Positions 52,446 to 64,000 of a stretch of DNA of 64,000 nt are shown here, piece after piece. Both the position numbers and the translations under genes were made by a program. Source of the DNA: Oculina patagonica (taxonomy: Eukaryota). How positions within the stretch are numbered: position 1 is the stretch's first letter; every line of letters starts with the position of its first letter. A model generated the notes under the pieces. The model was not told the origin of the DNA, did not search any database, and saw only the letters and a list, made by a program, of their open reading frames with translations. Location of the stretch: the NCBI RefSeq assembly GCF_052425735.1, contig NC_135763.1, positions 25,916,001 through 25,980,000 on the forward strand, read 5' to 3'.

Positions 52446-53849
52446 TGACAATGATAAATAATGACAGCGTACAGGAAAAAACACAGCTGCGAAACAACAC
52501 TGCTTGCGCTGATAGAAGATTGGAAATTGGCCGCTGATACAAAGCAACTTGTTTATATTCTATTTACAGATATGAGCAAGGCCTTTGACAGCTTGAGCCA
52601 TTCCTTGACGATAAAGAAGCTGGAGGCTTACGGCTTTGGAAGACGTTCTCTTGAACTAATGCGATCATTTTTTGAGAACAGACATAACAGAGTAAAATTG
52701 GGCGAAATCACGAGTGACTGGATAAAGATGAAACGTGGATGCCCTCAAGGATCATCCTTCGGACCCCTACTTTGGAACATGTTTCAAAGTGATCTGTCAT
52801 CACATGTAAAGGACGCAAACTTAACTATGTACGCTGACGACCACCAAATGTACGTTAAGGGAACGGACCACGAAACAGTTGGACGCAGTTTGAAAATTCA
52901 TGGTAGCCAAGCCCTGGCTTGGTACTCAAAGAACTATTTAAAAGCAAATCCAGACAAGTTCCAGTCGCTAATTATCAATCCAAGAAAACTCGATAAGGAC
53001 AAGAGCGACACAGCCCTCAGCATCGATGACATAGACATTACAAAAACAGAACAAATCAAGCTACTGGGAGTTCACATCGACGATAATCTTGAGTTCACCG
53101 AGCATATCCGTGTGCTATGCATTAAGGCCAGCCAGAAAGTCGGAGTACTTTCTCGTCTTCGCAATTTAATACCTTGCAAGGCTAAGCTATTACTGTATAA
53201 GACGTTCATTTTACCTCACCTAACATACTGCCATCTAACATGGCAGTTTTGTAAGTCATCGGACAAAAGGAAACTTGAGAGAATTCAGGAACGCGCATTA
53301 AGAGTTATATTCAGATCCCACGCCGAAACCTATAACGAACTCTTGGGACGGGCAGATTTGCCCACACTATATAATAGGCGTTTACAAGATACAGCAACGC
53401 TTATGTATAAGGTCAAGAACGGGCTTGCGCCAGACAACGTCTCTGCCCTTTTTGTCCGCAAAGACACTACACACTCGCTTAGAAACAGTGATTTTGTCTT
53501 ACCGCGTTTTGATACTAAACGCTACGGGAAACATTGTATCAGATATCTTGGACCACTTCTATGGTCAAAATTAAGCAAAGAACTGAAAAACTCGCCGACT
53601 GTGGCTGCATTCAAAACTAAAATTAGAAAACTCAATCTATCGGACTACGTGGACAACAATAGTAACTGTTGCAAACTCTGTTGCGCTTAAGACATTGTAA
53701 ATATTAGTTTTTAGTTTTTAGTTAAGTGTTTTAAATATTTTTAGCTTAGCATTATTAATAGTATTTTGGGTATTTTAATTGTGTCCCCAATTAGTCCATA
53801 AGGGCTAAACACACAGACACGGTAATAAAGTTTTTATTATTATTATTAT
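52446..53849 (+). mobile_element. CR1/L2-group LINE, 5'-truncated, uninterrupted RT frame 52461-53690
   Basis: DMSKAFD, GCPQGS..GPLL, YADD, then AATAAA + (TTA)n tail. The empty site tttatcaa|aataagcc occurs in the other units. Confidence 0.92.
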
Positions 53850-54559
53850 AATAAGCCAATATACCGACTGAATAAGCAATCTAGACGCAGACTGTTTAAA
53901 CAGGACACGGAATATTTGTTTCGTGCGACCGACACTGAGTGTCTACATAATAACGACATCAACCAAAAATTCGTTATTTATATAAATAAAAATTTACTTA
54001 ATTTCGTAAATTCTGTTAGAAAAAAACTATGACAGCTTTATCCGAGCTTTAATCTACTTGGCATGCACACTGTGAATATAATTTTCCACGAGCGATCGCA
54101 TTTCTATATTTTATTCCCCCGATCCAAATTGTAACAAAAAGTCTGCGTCCACATTATGTTAGCTGAACTGAAAAAAGACATTGGGTGGTGAGATGTTGGT
54201 CCGTTTTAAGTCCTGAATTTTCAATGCTGGTTGCCACTTGGCGATGTAAACTCAGCCTGCGCCTACTTCTTATTTCTTGCAGCCGGTCGATAAAAAAGTC
54301 AACCACATCATCGACCTGTTGTTGCAATTTCATGTTCACATGTCTAATAAAACAGCAGGTTACATGTTTATTGTTTATTTTCGGATTAAATAAAAAAAAA
54401 ATGAAAATACAATTGCGTGTCCTTGGATAGCGTTTATAAAGTTTTGATAATGTGCGGTAGAATTTCACAGTAAAAATCGTCTCTGCACTCGCAGAGCCTT
54501 CTTCCTCTGCAAGATTGGTAACGGTATGCAGAAGTTCGCGTTACATCCCAGCTAAAGAG

Positions 54560-54830
54560 ACCCGCTTCACATTTTTTTAATCTGCTTTTCGTAGCATGTG
54601 TTTGGACTATTTCTATTCCCACATGATGGGTGACTAAGTCCATCGCCGTGTGTGGTTACCCTCTTAAGCATCTCATTTGCTGGTACATATTTATACACCT
54701 TGCCTGGGTAGATAAAGACATTCATAAAGAGTAACGTACCATGCTCAAGAACACAACACAATGACCCACCACGATTCGAATTGGGACTGCTCGATCCAGC
54801 GCCATGGCCAGCTCTCTGTTGCTACGCCTC
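54560..54830 (-). mobile_element. Decayed tRNA-derived SINE
   Basis: atttatacacct..gggtaga..caagaacacaacacaatg..ttcgaa..ctcgatcc resembles the reverse complement of a common cnidarian SINE. Recognised by eye. Confidence 0.5.
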
Positions 54831-54892
54831 TTAGATTTGTCAGCCTTAGCTATGCTTAAATTGATTCGTTATCTTTTTTCTTTATTGCATTA

Positions 54893-55802
54893 GGTTACAA
54901 GGATGTGGCTTTAAGTGATGGTCAGTCATGAAAATGCTACAAACGTGTCCTCGTCTCTGCTTTAAGACAACATCTTTCCAACACAGCTTTAATCGAGGAA
55001 CGCGTAGCTGAGGCAGCTGGAAAGCTTTTGCGAATGTTCGAAGAACTAAAGGGGAAATATGTCGACCCGGCTAAGCTTTTGAATGAGAGCATCGTGGAAG
55101 TATTGGGAAGAATGATATTTGGAAGTGACTGAGATATTTCGGATCCTAATATTGACAAATTAATCTACTTGAATGACCTTGGACTAAAATCTTACAAAGA
55201 CTTTCAAATCGTCATGCTTCTCGATTTCTTTCCCTTTAATTTGCCAGATATCTCCCTGTCAAATCACATAAGAAAATATTTGGCATAGTTGAAAGAAAGA
55301 AAACTCACGTTCGATCCACAGAAACCTGGCGGTAATTTAATGGAGGCCTTACCGCATGCACAAAGAGAAGCCATCGAGGAAAACAAGCATGGAGACGATC
55401 TTGTAGCTACAATACAGGACATGTTCAAAGCAGGTTATGAAACAACAGCACATGCGCTAACATTTATATTTGGTCTAGTACCCTAAATATCAACTGGACA
55501 ATCAAAAGCAGCTGGATAACGTCGTTGGACGACATGGTATGCCTCGCTTAGAAGACCGTCCCAGAATACCACTGATCTATGCAACCATAATGGAAATCTT
55601 GAGGCTTGGAAACGTGGTACCACAGGCTTTGCCTCACCGAGCCGATCAAGACACCTCACTGTGTGGTTACCGTGTTCCTAAGGACACTATCGTGTATCCG
55701 GATACCGAAGCTGTGCATCTTGACCCAGGGTGCTGGGAGAACCCGAAACTTTTCAACCCTTATCGTCACATCGACAAAGAGGGTAACTTGATCACCAATC
55801 AG
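54893..55802 (+). pseudogene. Cytochrome P450 (clan 2-like) pseudogene fragment
   Basis: I-helix DMFKAGYETT, K-helix EILR, and PERF-like FNPYRH. AG/GT exon bounds, multiple stops and frameshifts. No FxxGxRxC exon found. Confidence 0.85.
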
Positions 55803-58157
55803 GTACCTTTTCACCTTATTGGCCAAGCGTTTACTTGAAGACAATATATTTGATTTTCATTTATAAAGATTATAATAGAAAGGGCCAAATACGACTTTGA
55901 AAAGGTCGATTGAGTGAGCAGGTGGTGAAGAGGCAAAGATGGAAATTAGGACAAGTGAAGAAATTGGTGAAAGGCAAGGAACACTGGCTTTCCCATGCAA
56001 AGGACTTGCGTGCAGACACGCAGAGCGAGAGTTAAGTAAGTATGGAAAAAATTGCCTATTCGAAAACAATTTTTTAAAGGAATACTCAGCAAAGGTTGAC
56101 ATGGAATGATATTTATGTTTGTTGAAGTTTAGTCCTTTCGGGACTTTATTTAGAAGGCACTGTTACAGAAATAAAAAGTATGTTATATTTTGTTATTTTT
56201 CTTGTGTTTGACCCTAAGTTTTTGCCGAACATTTGCTCTTATTTATAGGGTATGGAGTGGGTTACTATTATAGCTCAGCGAAAAAAAAATCAGAAACAAA
56301 TTTACAGAATAAAAGTTTTGCGACAAAAATAATTTGCAGCTAAGCTGAATGATTTCTTTTGATCATACGTTTACTCTGTTTTTTGGATTTTATTACCTGA
56401 ATTTCTCCCACGAGTAATAAACAAAATAAAAATAATAAAGGTAATAAAAAATATATAAAAGAGGCTTGTGTGTACCCTTCAGGTGCGAATGTCACACGAT
56501 TTATTAGATTGCACAGCTGTTGGTAAGTAATCAATATGGATTATTTATTAATGATACGCTTCCAGCAGAGTCTATTTTATGTAATTTCATATTTTTTGGA
56601 AATATTCAGAGAAAAATTTTAAATGTGTTCCCAAAATAAATAATAACACTCTAATTTCATGATTCAAATTAAACGCAAGAAGATATCGATTGGGAGATTT
56701 CGTTAATAGTCTTCGCATTATTTACCTTTTGACTAAAGTAATTTACTTTGCATTATAATTTTTTTTAATGTTTCAATCGAAATTAAAACGTATGTGGCCT
56801 CTTATTAATCCTTGACATAACATCATTTCCATGAAATCAATTATAATTTACAATTTAAGAAGATATCGACAGAAAAAAGTCATCAACACCCTTCAGCCTC
56901 AACAAATGATTGAAAATTGCATTGCATTGAGCTATTTTGCAATGTACTTCGTGACTAGTTTATTACTAAGGCCCAACTTCCTCCTCTCAGTGCTTGCAGT
57001 GAACCTGACAGAGGGCCAAATCCCTTTTTTTCATCCACTGTGTACGTTTACTTGGGCTGAAGGTTTTGTGTTCTTGACACTGCAGGGCTTCATGGGGTTA
57101 AATAATGACTAAGCACTTTGTCACCCATTTCCCGATTTTCAGCTTCACAAAGTTGTTGCTGACCTTATTTTAAGAACATCATAAAGGGAAAGTTGATTAA
57201 TAACGTGACTTAGCCCCATCGAATTACACACACAAAAGCTGTTAAAAACTACAGGAAGTATTTCCAATCAATTTCCATGCAGTCACTGGTATTTTCCCGA
57301 GTACTTTCGTAAAAACGAATTTCAGATTTTAAGAATAAACGTTTAGTGCTGATGATCGTGGTTTATTTTACTCACCTCGTGAACGTTCGGGTTTTATTTT
57401 ATCACTTGAAATTTCCACACGCATTGGAAACAAAAAATAGCTTGTTCGTGTCTTTCACTAACAACTGTTAGTTTAGATTAATTTGATTTTACATCGCAGC
57501 TGTTGGTCACTAATCAGTACGGATTATTAACTTTTAATATGCGTCAAGCCAAGTCTGTTTTTTTTTTATTCAAATATTCGGCAAATATTTCGATGAGTCT
57601 GATTTCATTTGTGTTCTTAATATCAAAGAAGTACAAGAAGTGCAATAACACACCTATAGACAAATTGCATCAACAATCTTCACATAATTTACAATTGCGC
57701 GGAAATTTAACAAAAGTAATACATATTGCCTGATGAAGTTTATTAATTTTTTTAATAGAAAATAAGACGTACGTGGTCCCTAATTAATTCCACAAAAAAG
57801 TAATTTCATAAAGTAACACAAAACGCAAAAGTCATCAGCAATCTTCAAACAAATGATTTAAATTTGCATTACATTGATCGGTGATAATTTTTTTCTATTC
57901 CACTTTATTTATAATTAATTCGAAAAAAATAAATATATATTACTTGTTTCAAAATTAAATCTACCACGCGTCGTAATCTTCTTCTCCATAAAACAACTAA
58001 CATAAAAACAGGAGAGAGAAAAAGGTCGACGGCTTGCGTTTTGTAGCAAAAGCACGCTTGGTTCTTTGAACCAATACTTAAGCCAAGAAAAGAAATAGAT
58101 TACTCAAATAGTCAAACCCGCTCACGTTTTCTACCCTATTCTTGGGATAAGATAATA

Positions 58158-61100
58158 ATGCCTTCTCGAGTTACACCTAACGGTGCCCCGGTACAAGGGG
58201 ACCAAGAGATATCAATCGCAGCACAACCTACGACGATCAATGTCTCGTTCGTTGTTAATATTCAAGAGAACGAAGATGTCAACGAACAGGGGCTTAAAGA
58301 AATTGATGAAGTATACAGTCCGGTGCTAAAGCTGATGAAGTTGTTCGGAATATATTATGGAGATACATCCTTAAGGCGACGTTTGACGTATACCACAGGC
58401 CGTTGCAAAAAACTGAGCGTTCTTCCTCGCATTTATTGCGGAGTGGTATTTTCTGGTTTCTGGCTAAACGTTATTATGTCTTCTTCCGGTATTTTCTTTG
58501 GAAATGATATCTATCTCTTTTTGATGTTCAGTTTCTATAATTTGTTTATTGCACTTAACGCAACGATGAGCTTGATTTTGTTGCAATTAAATGGTACGAA
58601 GAAATCCCGATTCGAAAAGTTCCTTGCTGGCGTATCGTCCGTCATTAAAAGCCAAAATTTAGAAAAGGTTAAAGCGAAGTCCAATAAAGGTTTAATCATG
58701 TTCTGTATATCCTTTTTATCCTTCGTAGCAGTCATCGTGGCCTCCGCAACACTGCTACACATAAACCTTGCAAACTTGAAACCTTGGAATCGGTGGTATG
58801 GGCTTAGAATAATTCCATGATCTTCAGTTTAATTGGAGTTGGTGTGTGGCTGCTGCCAATTTTATTTTTGTGCATTACATGCTCAATATTGGGAGAATTT
58901 TTTGAAGATTTACATAAAAGAATGTCACAATTTCATTCGAACCCAGTAGAGCTAGCGGCATTGAAACTGGAGTATCACCAACTGTGTGATGTAGTCGAGC
59001 TTGCTGACAAGATGCTTTGTCCTCTTCTTTTTGAAATGGTCTCGTTGTACATTCCACTTCTCTGCTTTAATCTTTACAATGTTGTGAACTTACCCGATGA
59101 AAACTCACTGTTGTTCTTACTGGGGAATCTAATCTGGCTTCTGATTGCAGCTAGTATCTTAGCAGTCATCTTGTCGTTTGGATCCAAAGTCAGCGAAAAG
59201 GTATGAAATGAATTTCTTTTTCTTCTTGTTTTTCTTGAACTCGTTTGGTGATATGCCAAAAAAATCCGTGTAGAATAATACAATTTAGGCTTTGTCAAAT
59301 ATGTTTGATGATGTTGTTGTTGCTGTGGTCTTGGTCATTTTTAACTCGGAAAAGAGTTGTAGTGGGCGAAGTGAATTCACTCCTTCACTCCTTCACTCCA
59401 TCACTCCTTCACTCGTTTCCTGTTAGACATATGCACGCAATGCGTGCAAGTGTTTTAAGGCCTCTAGAGAATGAGACCTTTTCTCTGATACCTACATTTC
59501 TTGTTAAATTACATAAAATTGACATGCCTAGTCACCAACCGAAATATTGTATTAATGTCAGTTTTCTTGAAATAATATTATGATATTTATTCAGCTATAA
59601 GCCGAGACCGTAAACCTTTGGTTTTTTAGAACCAGTTAGAAAAAAACTAACCCAAAACACTCAGGTAAAGATGAATTTATTTCAGTACGATTTGATGAAA
59701 AAAAATCGCTCGACTTATAGCCAATGATATTATTATTATTATTATTTTTCGTTACCTTCAAATAACAAAAAGGAAAAATAAAAAGAAAGAAATCAATTTG
59801 CAACAGATGGGAACTCTATCTCTTGGCCTTTCGGTCTGCTCTCGATCAGTATTTGATGACAATCAAAGTGAAGTAAACAGAAGTTTGGAAAGTATAACAT
59901 CATTTGTATTAGCAAACCTTTATTTGTTAGTTTGTTGTTTTCGATTCTTGTTTCATAATAACTTTTCCGAGTTTAGTGGCTTATAGCCACTTTTAGTTAT
60001 TTTTATAGGTGATACAAATGCTAATTTCCTAATTTGTTAAAACCACATGTTCTGATCAAGTATTTATCTCGAATCTTTAACTTCTATTTCAGACTAACAG
60101 CTTTCAAAAGATTTTGCAAACATATCCTGTTTCGACAGCGGACGAAGTGAAGGTAACTTTTATAAGCATAGCAACGACTTTCCCAACCAAATCCCAACAA
60201 GTAAAAAAAGAAAGGCCGCCCACTCTGTCTTTATTTTTTCCCAAAACGTGGTCGAAATTGGTAACTCATCATAAGATTACCAGGATTACAATTTTTTTTT
60301 GGACAGAAAGCATGGAACTGCATTTTTATTGCCTTCATCAAAGAAGAAAATTACTGTAAATTCCATGTAGCGAGAAAGCTGCTAATGTTTTATTTTAATT
60401 TTCTTTCAGTTAGTGATGTTTCTGCTGGATCTTCAAGGTAACCCAAAGGGTCTTTCTATTGGAGGTCTGGTCGTCATTACTAAATCCTTGTCTCTAACGG
60501 TAATGCCCTTGATTTTTTTTTACTCATATATGAAATGTCAGTAAATATTTATTATGGTGATTGCCACCCTCTTATTTGTTTCTTTTAAACTACTTTATCA
60601 CCTTCACAGCATGTACAACATAAGGCTCCTTACATTATGTAAGCAAATCCTGTCTCTTGTATTTTATCCCAGCTACTACAGTAACGTTTACGAATACCTT
60701 TAGTATAAATTCCTACAAAAAATGTATATTTTCGGACATACTACATATCCTTCAGGTTTCATTGTGGTTGCTTAAATATTCTGGAAGTTACCGGGGGGGG
60801 GGGGGATTACTCCCCGCTGGTCTGAAAAGATCCAAAATAAGCCCGGTCTGAATAAGGTTAATTTCAAAGGCAACACTGTGAGAGGTTAAATGTACCCTAG
60901 TTTTGGCCTCGTAAGGTAAATAACTTTAGAATATAACTATGTCTTACAGTACCATAATTACTGCATGAGCATCAAAATATACGACAAACTGTCATCATCA
61001 TCTTTGTGTTCGATATTTCAACTTCACCTGGAATTGTAAAGTAAATCCATTAGAAAAACGAAAGTACGTTTACAATTCATGCAGAGCTTCTTCCCTCCAT

Positions 61101-61410
61101 GATAACGCTAAAAACGGGATTTATTTTTTTCCATTAGTCCTTATTTTGTTACAAAAAACAACATACTAATGCTTTATCCTTCTTATTGCTTTTGTTATCT
61201 GAAATTATATTAAACCATTTTGTCCCGTACATTTTAGCGTCACTTGAATATAATAGTTCAAAATATTTATCCTTGTTATTATCTTATATTGTTTGTTTAT
61301 ATTGCTATCCCATTAAATAATTATCATAACAGTGCTGCATTTTACCTTTTTTTCAGATTGTGGGAGTGATTATTTCGTACTTTGCTGTTATGTTGTCTCT
61401 GCCTAAGTAA
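58158..61410 (+). CDS. Gustatory receptor-like gene C; exons 58158-59200, 60093-60152, 60410-60499, 61357-61410; one frameshift near 58815
   Basis: Three phase-0 GT-AG introns. C-terminus GLSIGGLVVITKSLSLT-IVGVIISYFAVMLSLPK matches the GR TM7 pattern. The frameshift may be real or an error. Confidence 0.85.
60690..60861 (-). mobile_element. Partial copy of the piggyBac-type MITE in GRL C intron 3
   Basis: Reverse complement of 40876-41000, ending cccggtctgaataagg-TTAA. Confidence 0.75.
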
Positions 61411-61829
61411 AAGACCATCTCCCTTACTAATAAAATGTTGTGTACATGATTGTGTTTTAGCTATGACGCATCTGTTTGATCTAATAATTCCATAAGTTTT
61501 AATCAAACGTTGTTTTTGTCTTATATTGGATGCCTTCGCGTAAAAAATGCGAATAATATCTATATAAAAGTGACTTTGTTAATACTTGCAGGGACCACGG
61601 AGCATTTTTCCATTTGGGGGGTGGGGGGGGGGGGGGTTGGGATTTGACTAGTGACCTAAAGTAAAGGGCTTTAGAGACTTTCTTCTCTTAGTAAGTCTTT
61701 ATTTTTTTGGAAATATTGACGTGGGCTAAGCTCCCCCTCCCCTGACTCTGCGGTACTTGCTTACTATGTTGTTTTGAATTCTAAGCTATAAATTACCGTC
61801 TCAAACTTAAGAAAATGAAGTAAGGCTTA

Positions 61830-62365
61830 TTGTAGTTATTATTAAATTGTTATTTAAAAGTTGGAGAGAGTTGAGAGAAAGGCAGAGAGAAAGGCAGCGC
61901 GATTCTGCGCGGGCAACTACAATTCCTATGCAAGCGTGACAAATATGTATACTTCAGGAAGTTAACTGGGAAACCCTAGCCACTAGAAGGAAAACCGCCA
62001 TATTATCCCTCATGTTTAAACTCTACCCCAATCTGAAGGAGTTTTCAGTAGCAGCTTATCTGATACCAAATAATGAAAGGAGAACCCATGCATGCGAGCC
62101 ATGCTCTCAAGTTTTAGGCTCTTTAAAGGGCAAATCAATATTTTTTTTCAATTTTTTGTTGTTGTTGTTTTGCTTTCTTCCCACGAACAGTTAATGAATT
62201 GAACGCCCCTTCTTATGATCCTGTCAATACAACGACGTCCGTAGATAGTTTTAAATCTCGGTTATTTAATATTTTTTTATTGTACAAGTGTTATTTAGAT
62301 TTTTACAGTTGGTATAATATCTGGCAATTTTTACCGACTAAATAAGGTGTAAATGTAGATGTAGA
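61830..62365 (+). mobile_element. Decayed LINE 3' fragment
   Basis: LERVERKAARFC..Y..SVT.M...LNWETLATRR followed by a (TGTARA)n-like tail. Confidence 0.65.
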
Positions 62366-63584
62366 AATCAAGTGGCTTTAAATAAAAAAGAGTCTTTGCG
62401 TTAAAAAAAGGATATCAAGAAGACAGTATAAACACTTTCACCCACTGCGCATTTTCAGAAAGGTTCAAGCTGCCCGCTCAGACGATTCCGTTGTAAAAAC
62501 CCGTAAACTTCGCTGGTGATCAAAATACCTTCATTTATACTGCTTTTGTATATTGCTCAAATATAAGTTACATATATTCAAGAAATTAGGTAGTCGTTTT
62601 AAGTAGAAATAATTGTTAATGTTCCAAAATGACGCTAAATGGCGGTATAAAACTGCTCCGACGTTTCGGCAATACTGCCTTCTTCATGGTGGCACGAAGA
62701 AATAACGTTTTAAGTAGCCGACTGGTTGGTATCAACAGAGGCCCTTCATAAAAATCATGACAACATAATGAGAAAAAGCAATATGTTTATGGACTAAAAA
62801 CGGATAAAAAGAGCGATTAAAAATGCAAATGAATTAAAAAAAACTTGTGTTATGTAACTTGAAGAGATGGATTACAGTGCCCTAATTGTATCCTTTTTAA
62901 TAGTACAGTAGCTTTTTTTTTCTTCCATATCTTACTTTTATTGTAAATTTCTAATGCGCTCTTACTTATTACTACTTATGTCCAGGATTTAACAAAGGAA
63001 CTGCATTATTCAATAAAGACCTTCGTGTATGACTTGGTTATTGTGGATTTCGATATGTTACTCAAATTTATCTTGACAGAGTTATCTGTGTCTTGGTGAA
63101 CTTTTGTCAGTGTGGACACGTTGTGATGTCCAACATAAAGAAAGCATGTCACAGTAGCGTTTAATCCTGGACATATCTGAACACTCGAAATCCATTTCGT
63201 TATTTTTGCTGCTGTAGTCTTACAAAAACGGCTTCTACTACGGTTTTGTTGTCGTTACAGTTACTGTTTCTGGCCTACCAAAAACTCATCGATCATTTGT
63301 TACCTATAATAAAAAACACCGAGAGAAGTTCCAATTATAAAGTAATTTTTGTTTATAGTACACGTTGAAGGTAAACCAAATTCCCCATTCTAAAGTTCTG
63401 CATTTTTTCTGAGCTTCAGTATAATAAATTCTTTGTAAAGTTTCAGTACCAAAAATGCATCCAAACATCCCTAGCAGCTGGCTTCGTCTTTCTGTGAGCG
63501 TCATAGAGCTAATGAAATTTTACGAGATTCAAGTATTTCAAAAGAAAAGATGAGAGTTCATTTATAATCTAAAAACCATCAAGC

Positions 63585-64000
63585 ACTAATAATAGACAAG
63601 TCACTGTCTTTCATCTAATGAAGATGACGTAAATGACAAACTAGCAAAGAGTTTAGTCAATTTCAATATTGCGTCAGGTAGAATAAATACTTTTTCTTGT
63701 CTTTACGTCTTTAGGATTATGTAACAAAAAAATCCCTCTTAATTTTGAAAATTATTTGTTTGGAACCTTTTCTTATTCTTTTACTTTTCAAATGTTTCGC
63801 GAACAAGTAAAAATAATCACCTGACGCGCTTCCATTTCAATATTACTTTTCGATGGATAATTTAAATCGACGAGGAAGTTAATCGGAGTGGGTGGAGATG
63901 GAAGTCGTAAAATATAATTTCGTGCGTTGAATGTTAAATTTATGTTGTTTATTGTGTCCGGTAACCATGCATCCTTTGACGGTTAAAAAACGACCCCTTA
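63585..64000 (-). repeat. Inverted copy of the repeat at 30935-31335
   Basis: Direct visual alignment. Confidence 0.8.

Larger units (their letters stand above)
37149..54331. repeat. Tandem segmental duplication, three ~5.06-kb units each with one GH5-like gene
   Basis: Units start near 37149, 43038 and 48094. Gene offsets are 5646 (includes a 590-bp MITE) and 5057. An older partial unit lies at ~33000-35300. Confidence 0.95.

Noticed and set aside
30935-64000. Giant element bounded by the 31-kb and 64-kb inverted repeats
   Set aside because: The copies are clearly diverged, the right end is cut by the window and no TSD can be tested. Independent insertions are more likely.

Overview
AT-rich animal genomic DNA, most likely cnidarian and probably a stony coral. 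This is inferred from the gustatory-receptor-like genes, an NRY-motif GPCR and the SINE/MITE types. Left to right: (1) Two paralogous gustatory-receptor-like (GRL, 7tm_7-type) first exons on the minus strand (2087-3106, 25089-26114), with only one recognisable second exon (550-618). (2) Between them, a ~5 kb L1/Tx1 retrotransposon stretched to ~17.6 kb by four nested insertions: a composite block with a hairpin array; a full-length but disabled ISL2EU-type (PIF/Harbinger-related) DNA transposon; an antisense, internally deleted L1; and a TA-flanked non-autonomous element. The ISL2EU element has convergent SAP-SWIM-YqaJ and double-THAP/DDE genes whose start codons both sit at the inner ends of the inverted repeats. 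(3) An intronless class A GPCR. (4) A tandem array of four intronless, secreted, bacterial-looking GH5-fold genes (two intact, two frameshifted), all apparently lacking the catalytic nucleophile Glu (GAW instead of GEx). (5) A young CR1/L2-type LINE, a cytochrome P450 pseudogene fragment, and a four-exon plus-strand GRL with one frameshift. Best candidates for new biology: the nucleophile-less GH5 array, the possible variable-first-exon GRL locus, and the mirror-symmetric ends of the ISL2EU element. All family calls are by eye; no searches were run.
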